This document shows positions 15,731 through 39,990 of a stretch of 64,000 bases of DNA, piece after piece. The stretch is from the human T2T-CHM13v2.0 reference genome, Homo sapiens. The stretch lies in the NCBI RefSeq assembly GCF_009914755.1, contig NC_060925.1, one strand, 5' to 3'. Numbering within the stretch: the first letter of the stretch is position 1; the number at the start of each line of letters is the position of its first letter. A program made the translations under genes and the position numbers. Below the pieces are notes generated by a model, which saw nothing but the letters and a program-made list of their open reading frames with translations, was not told where the DNA came from and ran no database searches.

Positions 15731-18109
15731 CCCTGTTACTCAGTAATTCTACTTCTAATTAGCTGCCTTAAATAGTTGCATTAGGAGAGGCTTTGTAAAG
15801 ACAGACATCTTAAGAACCTGTCATATTGGAAACTAAATGTCCATAGGTAGAGGAATGGATCATAAACTGTGGTATAATAGAATAATTAAATATTGATACA
15901 ATATAGGCAAAAGGAATGAACTAGCTCTAAATGTACCATATTATTTGCTCTTTATGGTAACTGGGTAGGGTATAGATCATGTTATTACTTTCATTTTACA
16001 GATGAGGAAACTGAGACCCAAAGTCACCGAATGAGTGACAGAGCCAACTCTCCCCTTCACCCTCCTTCCTCTCCTTATCCCTGTTGCTGTGAAAGGGGCA
16101 TCACTACAATGTGCCAGGCACTGTTTGAAATTTCACACGCACCATCTCCTCTAATCTTTCCAGCTATCCCAGTGAGGTAGGTCTCATTATAACCCAATTT
16201 ACAGATGCAAAAATCAGGTCTCAGAGAGCTTAGATGATTTGCACAAGGGTCATACATAGCTTGTGATTGTGGAGCTGGAAATCAAACACGTGTCTTTCTG
16301 CCTCCAAAGTCCTGCTCTTTCCATCCTCCTAGAGCAGGACTGTGGGATGTTCTGGCTTGTGCTCTGTGCTCCTAGTCTCACCCCACCCTACCCATCCCCT
16401 AATTCCTACTTTTCTGGCTCAAGCGGAATACAGTTCATCCCTCGGCCCTGTGAATGGAAACCATCCTCCTGCTTTTCACTGCTCAGCCACCAGCTGAATT
16501 ATTCAGTCACGAGAATTTGAGACAGCATGTCCTCTTGATTTTTGTTTCTTATTTTTAAGAAGAAAAGTGCATTGCCTGACCTTTTACTAAATAACAGCTT
16601 TAGGCTCTCTCTGCCTTTTGCTCAAACTCAGCTCTTAGTTCCTACCCTTCTTCTTCATTAAGTGTTGGCCTCTCCTTCCCTCTGCACCCAAAGCATCAAC
16701 CCAGGAGCTTCCTTCTGCATCTGAGATGGTTACAGGCCCACTCTCTTACATTCATCAGAGCTTTACTGTTGATAGACTTTCATTTCTGTTTGCTCTCTTG
16801 CGCTTCAATAGGACATGGAGAGAGGTCTTTACCCCCATTTTATAGCAGAGGAAACCAAGGCTCAGCCAAGGGAAATGAACTAAGTCCACATAGCCAGTGA
16901 GCATGTGTCACTGCGATGTCAACCCAGATCTCCCAGACTCTAAAGCCTATGATTGCACTGTCCCTTGGGTTCCTTAGCTCTGAGTATGGAGGCAAGGGTG
17001 GGGTGGGGAGTGCCTTGGCAAGAGCAGAGTGTAAATGGAAAAGCAGTTTCTGAAATAGGCTTCTTTCCCTGCCCAGGCCTTCTGTACTCTGTCCCATCAC
17101 CGTCACACCCATCCCATCCCCAAACTTGGGATGGCAATGAAGACCATAACTTTCTTATTCTGGTACTTTGTGAGGAACTGGCTAGATCAGAAAAGTGAGT
17201 TCCTACTGTTGAGCTGGGCACTGTGCTAAGGACTTCAAACACATCATCCCCTTTAACCTGCTCAACTACTCTGCCTGGTGATTATTATCAACTCCCATTT
17301 TGCAGATGAGGTCAGTGAGGTGAGTGTAGAGGTGATATCTAGGTACATTTAATAAGATACTAAAACATTGGGGGGAAAATTAAGGAGTCCAATTCTTATC
17401 CTTTTCTGAAAGTTGTTGGTGAAGAGGTCATTAGTCAGCCATTCTCATCAACTAGAACTCAAAAGCTCCTAGAAATAAAGTCTGATGCTCTCACTGTATA
17501 GATGGGGCAGCTGAGGCCCAGAGAGAGGCAGTCATGTGCCTAAGGTCACCCAGCCAATTGGTGGCCAAGCCTTTGCCTCCCAGCCAGAGACCTTTCCCTG
17601 CAGCAGCTGCCCCTATACTGCAGAATGACTTTCATCAGCCCCTCCCACCTTCCACAGAAGGCTCAGTCATGTCACCCCAGAGCCCACTGCTTTTTAATTA
17701 ACCATACTTGAGAGGTAACGCCGAGGAACCAAACATGCTTCAGTCAGTGATGAGTTTGTTTTGACTCCTCCAAGCAGGGGGAAAACCTGAGAACTCCTTT
17801 CCAAGCTGGTCACCACAGGCTAGGCCCATGTTCAGGGTTGAGAACCCCAGGTAATGGGGGACTGGCCACGGAGGTCCTTGGAGAAAGGAGGGAAGGCACA
17901 GCGCTGGGCAGAGATGCCAGAAAACCTAGTTCTAATCTTGGCCTTGCTGCTGTCAGTGTGTGGCCTTAAGCAAGTCATTTTTCTCTCGGCCTCAATTTAC
18001 TCTAAAATGTGTACCCTCATAGCTACTAAGAAAGTTGTTGCAAAAACTAGAAATGATGCTTACTGGTATTTAATTAGTCTCAAACACATAGTAGGCTTTT
18101 AACAATTAG

Positions 18110-19267
<1,158 letters not shown>

Positions 19268-20149
19268 TAGAATTATATCAGTTCCAGGGGGTAATTAACA
19301 TAGGTGCTCTCCTGCTGATCAGAGCTCTTTGATTAATACAGAATGGAAAAAATTAGTACTTAATAAATGCAGTCTATTATGTAGACAGAATCCTTCAGAA
19401 CTTGGAGTTCAAAGGGAAAGAAGTAGAAAAATTAGGCCAGTTGTATTTTCTACACCATTTTATGAAGTAGTAACAGATCTAGAGAGGTGAAGGGTTTGGC
19501 ACAAAGTAGCACAATGATTTAATATCAGAATGAGGACTTGAGCCAAGGTCTTGTAACTCCTGGAAGCCCAAGGGATTCCCCAGAGCCCTGGCTGGCCAGT
19601 TGCTCAGAGCCCCATAATGTGAGATGGACTTTGACCAATCAGATGATCAGAGGCAGGTGACTACTTCAGATCTGGGAACCAGGTCATGTGAGGATTAGGT
19701 AAAGAGCTGGGGATAGTTGGCCTTGAACAGAGGAGACTCTGGGCTCACAGCCTAGGGCCTCAGATCTCTGCAAGGTTGTTCTGGGACAAGAGGATCAGAC
19801 ATTTTTATGAGAATCGAGAGAACAGAGCTGAAATCAGTGGGGAAAGCCATAGGGAGATGGATGTTGAGTCAATAAAGGTAGAACTTATTTAGAGTATACC
19901 TGAAATACTGCAAAAAGAACTCCATCACTCTGGGCCATATTTCACTCACAAATTCGTAATCCTTTACAAATTTGTTTTGTTTTTTAACAAACAAGTTTTT
20001 TTGTTTTGTTAAATTGTTTTGTTTTGTTTTTTAAAAAAGCACCTCTATCCATGGAAGGTAATCAGGAAAAGGCTAAATATGGGATTCAGCTAAGGGGATT
20101 CTTGTATTGAAGAGAAGGTTGAAGTAAATCCCTGTACAAGTTGGAATGC

Positions 20150-23290
<3,141 letters not shown>

Positions 23291-24337
23291 TCAAGGAGCA
23301 CAGGTAATGGAAAGAGATTGAAAGCTTTCAGAAAGAATAGTACATAGACTCACTTGATCTTAGAAAGATCTTAGATCTCTCTGGCTACAGCATGGAGGAC
23401 GTGATGGAGGGGCCCCCACTGGAGGCCGTTCCAGGGGTCTGGGCAGAAGAAGATGAAAGCCTGATCTAAGGTGGTAGCCTTGAGGATGGAGAGAAATGGG
23501 TGGATACCACAGATGACTATTAGGTGGAACCAGCAGGACCTGGCTTTGTGAAAGGGCCGAGGTAGAAGGTGTGAGAGATGACTCGAATTTTTGGCTTAAA
23601 CACTTGATACATTTTTTTATCTAGAAAGACAGAAATGTTCAATTGTGTCAAATGCTCCTGATTAAAAAAAGAAAAAGGAAAAAAGAATCAGAGTCCTATA
23701 ACTGGTAAAGTAAAATTTAAAATAAATAAATAATGTTAAATGTTCCTGATAAGGGAGATAAGGATTTAGAAGTGACTATGGGTTTAGTGACAAATAGTTT
23801 GAAGGTATAGTGGGGGCAGAACAAAGTAAGTTGCAGCTGAACAAGTCATGAATGGAAGGTAGAGAATAATAAGGCCAAGTGGACTTCCTTTCAAGCTTTG
23901 ATTTAAGAGGAAGAGAGAAGATAAGTCACTCAGCAAAGAGAAGCATGGAATCTATTCTCAAAGCGAGAACAATCTATGTTTTAAAAATGTCCACCACTCT
24001 TCTCCATACTAGCTGTATGGTAATCCTGTGTTCTCATCTATAAAATGGATTTCTAATAGTACCTACCTCATAGGGTTATGGTGAAGGTCAAGTCTTCATA
24101 GCTCTTAACAATTGTTTCTTATCTGTTTCCTCCACCAAACTACAAGTTCATGAGCAACACTGACAGCTCTCAGTGCATAATGTGGTGTATTGTTAATAAA
24201 TACATGTTAAACAAATGATGCTTCTAAGGCTCTGACCACAGTGCACTGCCCAAGGTAAGCACCAGAGAAGTCAGCTGGGGAGTGTGATCCTGTTGGGGAA
24301 GAAGAGAGCCACACACCCTCAGTTTGCTGTTTTCCAG

Positions 24338-24588
24338 GCCCTGAGGAGGTTTCTCCTGACTGCCAAGGTGTGAACACAGGCATGGCGGCAGAAGTGCCAA
24401 AAGTGAGCCCTCTCCAGCAGAGTTACTCCTGCTTGAACCCGCAGCTGGAGAGCAATGAGGGGCAGGCTGTGAACTCCAAACGCCTCCTCCATCATTGCTT
24501 CATGGCCACAGTGACCACCAGTGACATTCCAGGCAGCCCTGAGGAAGCCTCTGTACCCAACCCTGACCTATGTGGACCAGTCCCATAA
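24338..24588 (+). CDS. SHISAL2A: SHISAL2A coding exon 3; cytoplasmic tail and stop
   Basis: Acceptor tgctgttttccag|GC; reads (G)PEEVSPDCQGVNTGMAAEVPKV...DLCGPVP, TAA at 24586-24588. Total CDS 182+140+251=573 nt = 190 aa + stop. Confidence 0.95.
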
Positions 24589-24594
24589 ACATTC

Positions 24595-24600
24595 AATAAA
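24595..24600 (+). terminator. SHISAL2A: Canonical polyadenylation signal of SHISAL2A
   Basis: AATAAA 6 nt after the stop codon. Confidence 0.75.
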
Positions 24601-25120
24601 TGTCTCCATACCATCCCCTTCTGGAGTCTCTTCAGTGAAAGGTGGGAGTGGGAAAGGACTTTAGAGCCTAGCATGATAAATGAGGGCTTCTCCCAGCAAA
24701 GATACCCAGCCCTGCTGTGGACCCTGCCATACTGTTCTGCTTGGCCTATTGTGGGCCAAAGAACTTTGACATGACTCCTAGGAAAAATGGTCAGTAACAA
24801 CTCCATGCAATCGGGTGGAAGCCTGGGGCCTGTGAAGGCACAGAGGAGCCCCTCACCCAACTGGGAAGTCAGAGAACTCTGACATGGTTTTCCTGCCCCA
24901 CAGTAGGTGTATTTAGGAGCCCCTGAGAAGATGATTAGCCCTCAGAGGGGGATGATCTCTGCCTCTTCAGCAGCTCTGCCTCACCCTGGAGTGCGCCATC
25001 CTGGAGTAAGCCCCTTGCAGAGGGACGGATAGAGAGGGAGTATGTTGTGCACAGGGCTCAGGCGTCATTCTATTTCTTAGGTAGATGAAGGAGTGAGTGC
25101 TAAGTGAGAGAATGAATAGG

Positions 25121-26877
<1,757 letters not shown>

Positions 26878-27502
26878 TATTTTCAGCACTTAAAACCCAG
26901 CACCCTTGTCCATTTACTGCACACTTAGTGGTATCCATTCTATTCTAGGACCTGTGCAGGTTGCCACAAACAAGAGGAATCAGACAGTTCTCACCCTCAA
27001 GGGGCTCACATGGAGGACAAGGCAGGCACACAAATGGCCAGGAGGCCCAGTGGTGGCCCTTCATGGGGCTTTAGGGAGGAAGAAATGATGTCTGAGCTGA
27101 ATCATCAAAGATGACTCAAAGTTTCCAGGTGAGACAGGAACAGAAAACATTATGGTCAGAATACAGCTTGTTCACAATAGTGAGAGCGAGCCAGTGTGGC
27201 CCAGGACCTGCAAGTTATTTGTTATAGAAAGAGCTTAGGGTACTTGTATATATGTGGTGGGGCTGGGTGATATTGGGATGTTTAGTCCCTGACGCTCTGT
27301 GCGACCCTTCACAGGACGAATTCCTTCTCTGTCCTTGGTATCCTCATCAGAAAAATCCAACTTTTCTCTGAACACTTTCAAGGGAGACTGGGAGGTTTCA
27401 GGAAAGAATCTGATAATGCCCTTGCCTTTAGGCTGCTAGCAGTCAGAAGGGGGAGATGCTGTGTGCATTCCAAACACTAAAGTGGTCATCCGCGGCCTAA
27501 GG

Positions 27503-27691
27503 CAGTGGTTCTCAAACTCGAGGCTGCATCAGAATCAGCTGTGTGGAGGGCTTGTTAAAACACAGAATGCTGGCCTCCTACCCCAGTGTCTGACTCAGTA
27601 GGTCAGGAGTAAGTCCCCAGAATTTGCATTTCTAACAAATTCCAGGTGATGCTGATGATGCTGGTCTGAGACCACCCTTTGAGCACAACAG
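27503..27691 (+). mobile_element. MER5A (hAT-Charlie)
   Basis: cagtggttctcaaact...gcatcagaatca...gaatttgcatttctaacaa..tccaggtgatgctgat...ctttgag. Confidence 0.88.
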
Positions 27692-29206
27692 CCTCTGCAA
27701 GAACAAAAACAAGCTTTGAGGACTCCGAGCCAGAGAGATGTGGGGGAGACCGCACACTGAGCAAGGCCCTGAAGACCTGGTAGAATTTCCCCAACAGTTG
27801 GAGAAAGGGAATGTACATGCTGCTTTTGCTGACCTACACATCCTAGGCCTCATAAAGCTCCTCCCTGCCCCCCAACAGCTCCTCTCCTTTGAATTCAATC
27901 AAGGCTCAGAGCCGGCTGTCACTGGGGTTGGCTAGTCTGGGTCCTGCATTAGAAACAAACTGCCCACCCTGTGTGATAGGAGCCCCTCCCCCAGGGCAGC
28001 CGCAGTGGGAGGATGCTGGGTGGGCTGATACGCAGACAGAAATAGTCTGAGCTCACCGCTGTTCCCAAGCACACATCGACCGGCAATTATTTCTTGTAAA
28101 TTGCTTTCCCGGTTATGTTCAGAACATGTGTGTGTGCCTGCCTGAGAACAAACACTCAGAGGGCACAGGGCGGAGGAGCTAGCTGGAGAGTGGGCTTCGG
28201 ATGGAGGGGAGTGAATCTTCAGCCCAGAATTAGAGAATGTTGAATCTTGGAACTTGGAAACGTTAGAACATTCCACTCCCCTTTACAGCTATCCTGCTAG
28301 GTGTTTTTTTCTCAGACGTTCACATTTGTTTGTCCATTCAACATTGATTGACAATGATTTTCTGCCAGAATCTTGGCTAAATGAGGTCCCGATCCCTATC
28401 TTCAAGAAGCTCATTGCTACAGGCATTTACAAAAGATCCCTAATCTAGCCAAAGACTTTGGGAAGGCCTCCTGGAGTAAGCAATAACTGGATTAAGTTTA
28501 AAGGACCCACTGACAGGTGAAAGGAGGTTTCTGGTACAAGATGAGGAACAGCATTTAAGGCAGAAGGAACAGCATACATGAAGACCTATGGCTAAGAGAG
28601 ACCATATGGTTCTTTCAGGTAACAATAAGTAGTTCAGTTTGGGTAGACACAAGGTGGGAATGGTGAAAGATGAAGCTGGAAGGGTAGACGAGCCAAGTCC
28701 TGAAGCCTTTGCCATATTAAGGGGCTTGGTCTTTATCCCGAGGGCAAAAGGGAGCCACAGGAAAGGGTTTCAAGCATGGAAAGGAACTCGACAACACCTT
28801 TTGTGAGCACTTGCTTCCTGTTCTCTGTAACATTGAAGTGAAATTTGCCATTCAGGATCTCTGCCTTTGGGGCCCTTTGGTTGCAGATCCTTCAGAAGTC
28901 TAAAGGACAGTGATGTCTCATGTATCCACAAGAAATGACTTGGGCCCTAGACATCTGTCCTCCGGTCAGGGGGAGGCCATTCTACTGCCTGACTGACTCA
29001 TGACACTGCTCCTCCTGATCTGTGCCTGTTGGCTCAGGGGCCAGGGCACAAGACAGCCAAAGCCAGGCTGCAGGCCACAGCCCAGGAGAGCTCCATGCCT
29101 TGCTCGGTCCCAGAACCCTGGGTCCCACCTGGGAAGTCTCGTGTGTGGAACACTCACAGGGGTGTGAAGGGCTCCTTGCATACCTTCTCCATCCCTCACA
29201 GGATCA

Positions 29207-34003
<4,797 letters not shown>

Positions 34004-35010
34004 TTAATTAATTAAATGCAGTGTACCACCAAGATGTCCATGTCCAGCCCCATAGCACCACCTGCTGTGTGACCTTAGGCAGATCATTTTACTTCTCTGA
34101 ACTTTTGTTTCTGTGCACACGCGCGTGTGTGTGTGTGTGTGTCTATAGTTTTTTGAGTGCTTACTATATGCTGAGCATTGTGTCTGGCATGTTATGGGGT
34201 TTACGCTGTACCAGTCAAGATTCTCAGTTGTAAACAAATTCTCAGAGGTAGTTGCCAGAAACTACCTCTGGCAAAATTAAGCAAAAAGGGTCTTTACTGG
34301 AAAGCTATTGGATGTCTCACTGAAATGACAGGGAGACCACAAAGCTAGATGAGAATCAAGGGCAGCTGGGCACGGCCAAAGTCCTGCCATGGGAACTATG
34401 TGTTTAGGACAGACTCTGCCTCTAGCCACACAGATACTTGCTGATCACCACTGCACTGCTAGGCTCTTGCCCCATTGCAGCCACCTGAAGTAATCTCTGT
34501 CCTTGCCCCTCTGCTAACTGCCACCAGACTCAGCCCATGTAGGGCATTGACTTGGCCAATCACAAGCCCACAAGGGTCAGGAGGAGTTGCTGCCTCCTTC
34601 AGCTCCCACATAGCTTGGAATTCCTCCAGATAGGGAGTGTTTGGATGCTGGGTGGCCCAGAGCAATCAATGTCCACTATAGGCTTCACCAATTCTGAGTT
34701 TGGTAATATTACATTTTACAGGTGAAGAGACTGAGGCTCTGAAAGGTTTATATACTGGTTACCCAGCTAGTATGGGTACACGAACACCTACCTTGCAGGA
34801 ATGGAAGAAGTAAATGGGCGTAGTTAGTCAGCACGAGTTCATTCCTCTTTTCCCCTCAGTAATAGCTCTTGCTGGGAATGTTTGCTCCGCCATGGGGAAG
34901 TCTTTCAAAGATTTGTTCACATTCTCTATGACCCTGCAGGTGGTTCCTAACTTCCTGGCAACAACCACAATTGTAATTCGTTCAAAGAGATTGACTGCTG
35001 TGGAGACAGA

Positions 35011-35078
35011 TCATCACCATCACCATCACCATCACCATCACCACCACCACCATCATCATCATTGTCATCGTCATCATT
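35011..35078. repeat. (CAT/CAC)n trinucleotide repeat
   Basis: tcatcaccatcaccatcacc...catcatcatcatt; reads as poly-His in one frame. Confidence 0.92.
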
Positions 35079-36924
35079 ATGTTGCTTTTAGCTCACTGGA
35101 GCCTCACAGAACCCTGTGAGGTAGGTATTACCTCAGTTTACCAAATGAGAAAACTGGGGCTCGGAGGGGGTTTCATGGCTGTCCCAGACTTACAAAGCAA
35201 GTCAGAACCAGAATCATATCTAAATCTTCTGTCTGCAGAATCCACTCTATCACGTGGCCTCTATTTCAAAGAAGCAGGCCAAAAACAGGACATACAGCAT
35301 TTGACATAGACATGGACCATCAAGGCAGGGAGATCCTAGCCCCTTTGCATCCTTTCTGCTTTTTCACTGGTAGGAAAGTTGAGTTCTAGAGAGAAATGCC
35401 CTGCCCAACCTCACACAGTGCCATTGGTGAAGCCTCCATGGTTTGAATATAGTTCTCTTGCCACCCAGTTTAGTAAGCATTCCCCACACCATTATGGAGC
35501 TCATTTCAAAGTTGAAGTAACTGAGATGGTCACCCCGGGAGTAAATGGCCCACCCAGCTGTTGGGATGAGTACATAGCTAATGTGTGGGCCCAGAAGAAA
35601 GGCCATGGCAGCAGGGTGGCTGGGAGGTAGCAGGCTTTGCACGTCCAGAAAATTCTGTTCTCTCAAAATCAGGAAATGTCTCCACACTTTAAGATGCAGT
35701 TATCCTCTCCTGGTTGGAATTGATTGCAACATACCTCAATTTGTGGGTTATTGGAATAGCTGGGGAAAGTCTGAAGGTAATTAGACCTGGATAGACCAAA
35801 CATGTGTGGCCCAAAGAACTGAACAGTCTGTGATTAGCACCTTGATCTGAGGCCCACAGGTAGGTACTGGGAAATTTCCGTGCACTTTGGCTTTTGAGGC
35901 AGCCTTCCCATTTGAAAATGCCCCCCACCCCTCCCTGACTCCTTCCAGCGTCAGCTTAGAGAGTATTCCTCTAGGAAATTGTTTTTGACTCCCAAGCTGA
36001 GTTGGGATCTCCTCTGGTCTCCCACAGCTTCTCTGTGTCATAGCCCCGACCACACTGGATTGTCATTTTCTATGTGTCCATCTCGCCATTATGGACTGTT
36101 AATTCCAGGGCATGGACAGATCTTCCTCAGAGGAGGCCTCAGCAAGTGTCAGCCACACGAATGAGTGTATGGAGCAAAGGAGGAGTGAACGTCTAGGAGA
36201 CCAGCCGTTACCCCAACTCCTCCCCATCCGCTCCTACTCTGGACTCCAATCTATGCCCTACCCCAGCTCTTGGATTTGGCCTTTGGATCAGGTTCTTCTG
36301 GTAATGAAGCCTCACCTTTCCCCCAACTAACTCTGATCTGGCCTACCCTGCTCCTGACTAACCTCAAGGATCCTGAGTCTCCTTCAGCCTAACAGCTCCA
36401 GAAGCTGAACTCCAGCCCTAAGAGCCCCAGCTGCAGACAGGCCTCTGGCCAAGAGCTTAGTCAGGCTACCCTGACTAAGCCACAGGGTTGGCATGCCCTC
36501 TGGGCAGCCCCTGAACCGGGCTCTGAAAACACAGGAATGGACAAGGTAATCTACCCGAGTCCTGAGCCTGCAAGGTAGTTGAGACAGATCTTGAAGGAGA
36601 GTGGGCACAGTCAGAAAGGAAAAAGTGGCTCAGTGTAAAATAAAACTGACACAAGCCCATGTACCAGCAGCCAATTGGATCTTTTTTTTTTTTTTTTTTG
36701 AGATGGGGCTTCTCTTATTGCCCAGGCTGGTCTTGAACTTCTGAGCTCAAGCGATCCTCCCACCTTGGCCTACCAAAGTGCTGGGATTACAGGCGTGAAC
36801 CACCAATTGGATCTTTACTGGACCCCTACAGGGCACTGAGCTAGGGAATGTTGGAGATTCAGAGGCTGAATCAGATAGCAGCCCAACCCTGAGATACAAC
36901 TGAGCTACAGGCAAGAGGATACTA

Positions 36925-37230
<306 letters not shown>

Positions 37231-38508
37231 CTAAGACATCTGGAAGGTGGTGTTCTATTGAGAAAAAAAAAACAAGGTAGGGACAAAAGCGAAGGCCTAG
37301 AATGATACAAAAAGTGCAGAACATAGTGACCTACACAGCTACATTTGTGTAGGCCCAGTTACATCAACATTCTAGAATATCCTAATATTCTGACACACTA
37401 ATGTTCCAGCACACCACATTCTGTCATGTTGTCATTCCATTCTGGGGAGCACTCCACCCCACCAACATTCCTCTCTCTGCCATTCCAATGTTCCATCCCA
37501 CCAACATTCCTCCATGCCATCATTGCAACATTTAAAAATATCAGCACTATAAGTCAAACTTTCAAGCTTCCAACTAAAAGCATTTATTTGTTTCTTGGTT
37601 CATCTATACCAGAGGCTCTTAATATTTGGGGGGAATGCAGACTTTTTTGAGAAATTATTAAAATTTATGGCTCCATCTCCCTAGAAAAATATGTTTATAC
37701 ACATAAATTTTACATATCATTCCATATATTCAGTGACTCATGGCAGAGTCCCTAGACTCTAAGAACTGTTCAATTTTACCCTGCCTTGATCCAGAAAGAT
37801 ATTTAAAATAAAATAAGATCGGCTGGGTGTAGTGGCTCACGCCTGTAATCCCAGCACTTTTGGAGGCCGAGGTGGGTGGATAACTAAAGGTCAGGAGTTC
37901 GAAACCAGCCTGGCCAACATGGGGAAACCCCATCTCTACTAAAAATACACACACAAAAAAGTGTAGCTGGGTTTGGTGGTGTGCGCCTGTAATCCCAGCT
38001 ATTGGGAGGCTGAGGTGGAAGAATCTCTTGAACCTGGGAGGTGGAGGTTGCAGTGAGCTGAGATCATGGCACTGCACTCCAGCCTGGGTTACAGAGCAAG
38101 ATTTCGTCTCAAAAATAAAATAAAATAATAAAATAAAACAAAACAAGATCATTAAATTTAAGACAGGGCAAGGTAAAATTGAAAGAGAAAAAAAAACAAG
38201 GTAGGGAAAAAGTGGAGCCTGGAATGATACAAAAAGTACAGAACATAGTGACCTATGCAGCTAAATTTGTGTCATACATACTTAGTTCTATGACTTCCAG
38301 CAGCCAAAGCAAAAAGGGAAACCTGTTCACTCACACAGTTCACAGTGTTCACAGGATAAAAACAAACCACTTACTCCTTAGAGGATATACAACGATTCTT
38401 GGTATGTAGACCAGACAAGAATTTCTCCTGAGAGCCTCATAAAGAATAATATAATAGACCATGGCGTCAACAGAGCCCTCACAATAGATACAGAGATGTA
38501 TTTTGTGG

Positions 38509-38621
38509 TAGAGTTACCAACTTGTCCTGGTTTCCCTGGGACTTTCTTGGTTTTAACCCTGAAAGTCTCAATCCCAGGAAACTCTTTAGTCACGGGCAAA
38601 TCGAGAAGGTTGGTCACCTTA
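38509..38621. mobile_element. MER81-like MITE (hAT-Blackjack)
   Basis: 113 bp with inverted termini tagagttaccaac / gttggtcacctta and internal ctgaaagtc..tcccaggaaac. Confidence 0.75.
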
Positions 38622-38643
38622 TCTATGAGTTACAGTTCAGTCA

Positions 38644-38960
<317 letters not shown>

Positions 38961-39368
38961 TCAGAATTATCCTTGGAAGCCCCTTTTATCACTCCTAAAG
39001 TACAGAACCATCTCCCAATAGCATAGCCAAGTTTTCCTCTAGCAATGGAACAGATTGCTGTTTCTTCGGTGGATAACTGATAAAGGGATTGGCTTGCTTG
39101 GGGACTTACACACTAGACCCATACTTAGTATGGCGACATGCACACACACTGAAGATTTTATGAGGCACCTGGGAACTGAGACCAATGAGGGGAATAGCAG
39201 ATTTACCTCTTTCACGACACACTTGGGGCCTATGGTATATGAGTAAAATAATATTTAATATAGTATTACTCTTTCTCTTTCCATCTCTAGTTTCTCCACA
39301 GCAAGTATAATTGAGTTTTTGTAAACTAAAGAGAAATAGTACCTATTTCATAGGGTTGTGACAATTAA

Positions 39369-39769
<401 letters not shown>

Positions 39770-39910
39770 TAAGGTAGATATAGTGGCACTCCACTGTATT
39801 TTCTACAAAATCCTGCATATAATCCTTCATGGCAATTTGGGAAAAATGCATTCTGTGGCAGGGATGAGGTTTAGCACACTAGCCCTTTGTAGTTGCAGAT
39901 GCATGCAGGA

Positions 39911-39938
39911 GATATATATTATATATTATATATATATT

Positions 39939-39970
<32 letters not shown>

Positions 39971-39990
39971 TATATTATATATGTATATAT
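39911..39990. repeat. (TA)n(CA)n microsatellite
   Basis: Directly visible. Confidence 0.9.

Noticed and set aside
17854-18102. ORF with a signal-peptide-like stretch (MPENLVLILALLLSVCG)
   Set aside because: Sequence is MIR-like (ttctaatcttggcc..ctgc..tgtgtggccttaagcaagtca..ctctcggcctcaattt); no domain or exon support.
24492-24860. 122-aa antisense ORF overlapping the SHISAL2A 3' end
   Set aside because: Non-ATG start, no domain and no supporting gene structure.
34243-34270. let-7-like GAGGTAG hairpin as a possible miRNA
   Set aside because: Stem is only 11 bp, far short of a pre-miRNA; the seed match is likely coincidental.
34814-35119. 101-aa poly-His ORF as a stand-alone gene
   Set aside because: Explained by the (CAT/CAC)n microsatellite; no promoter or recognisable domain.
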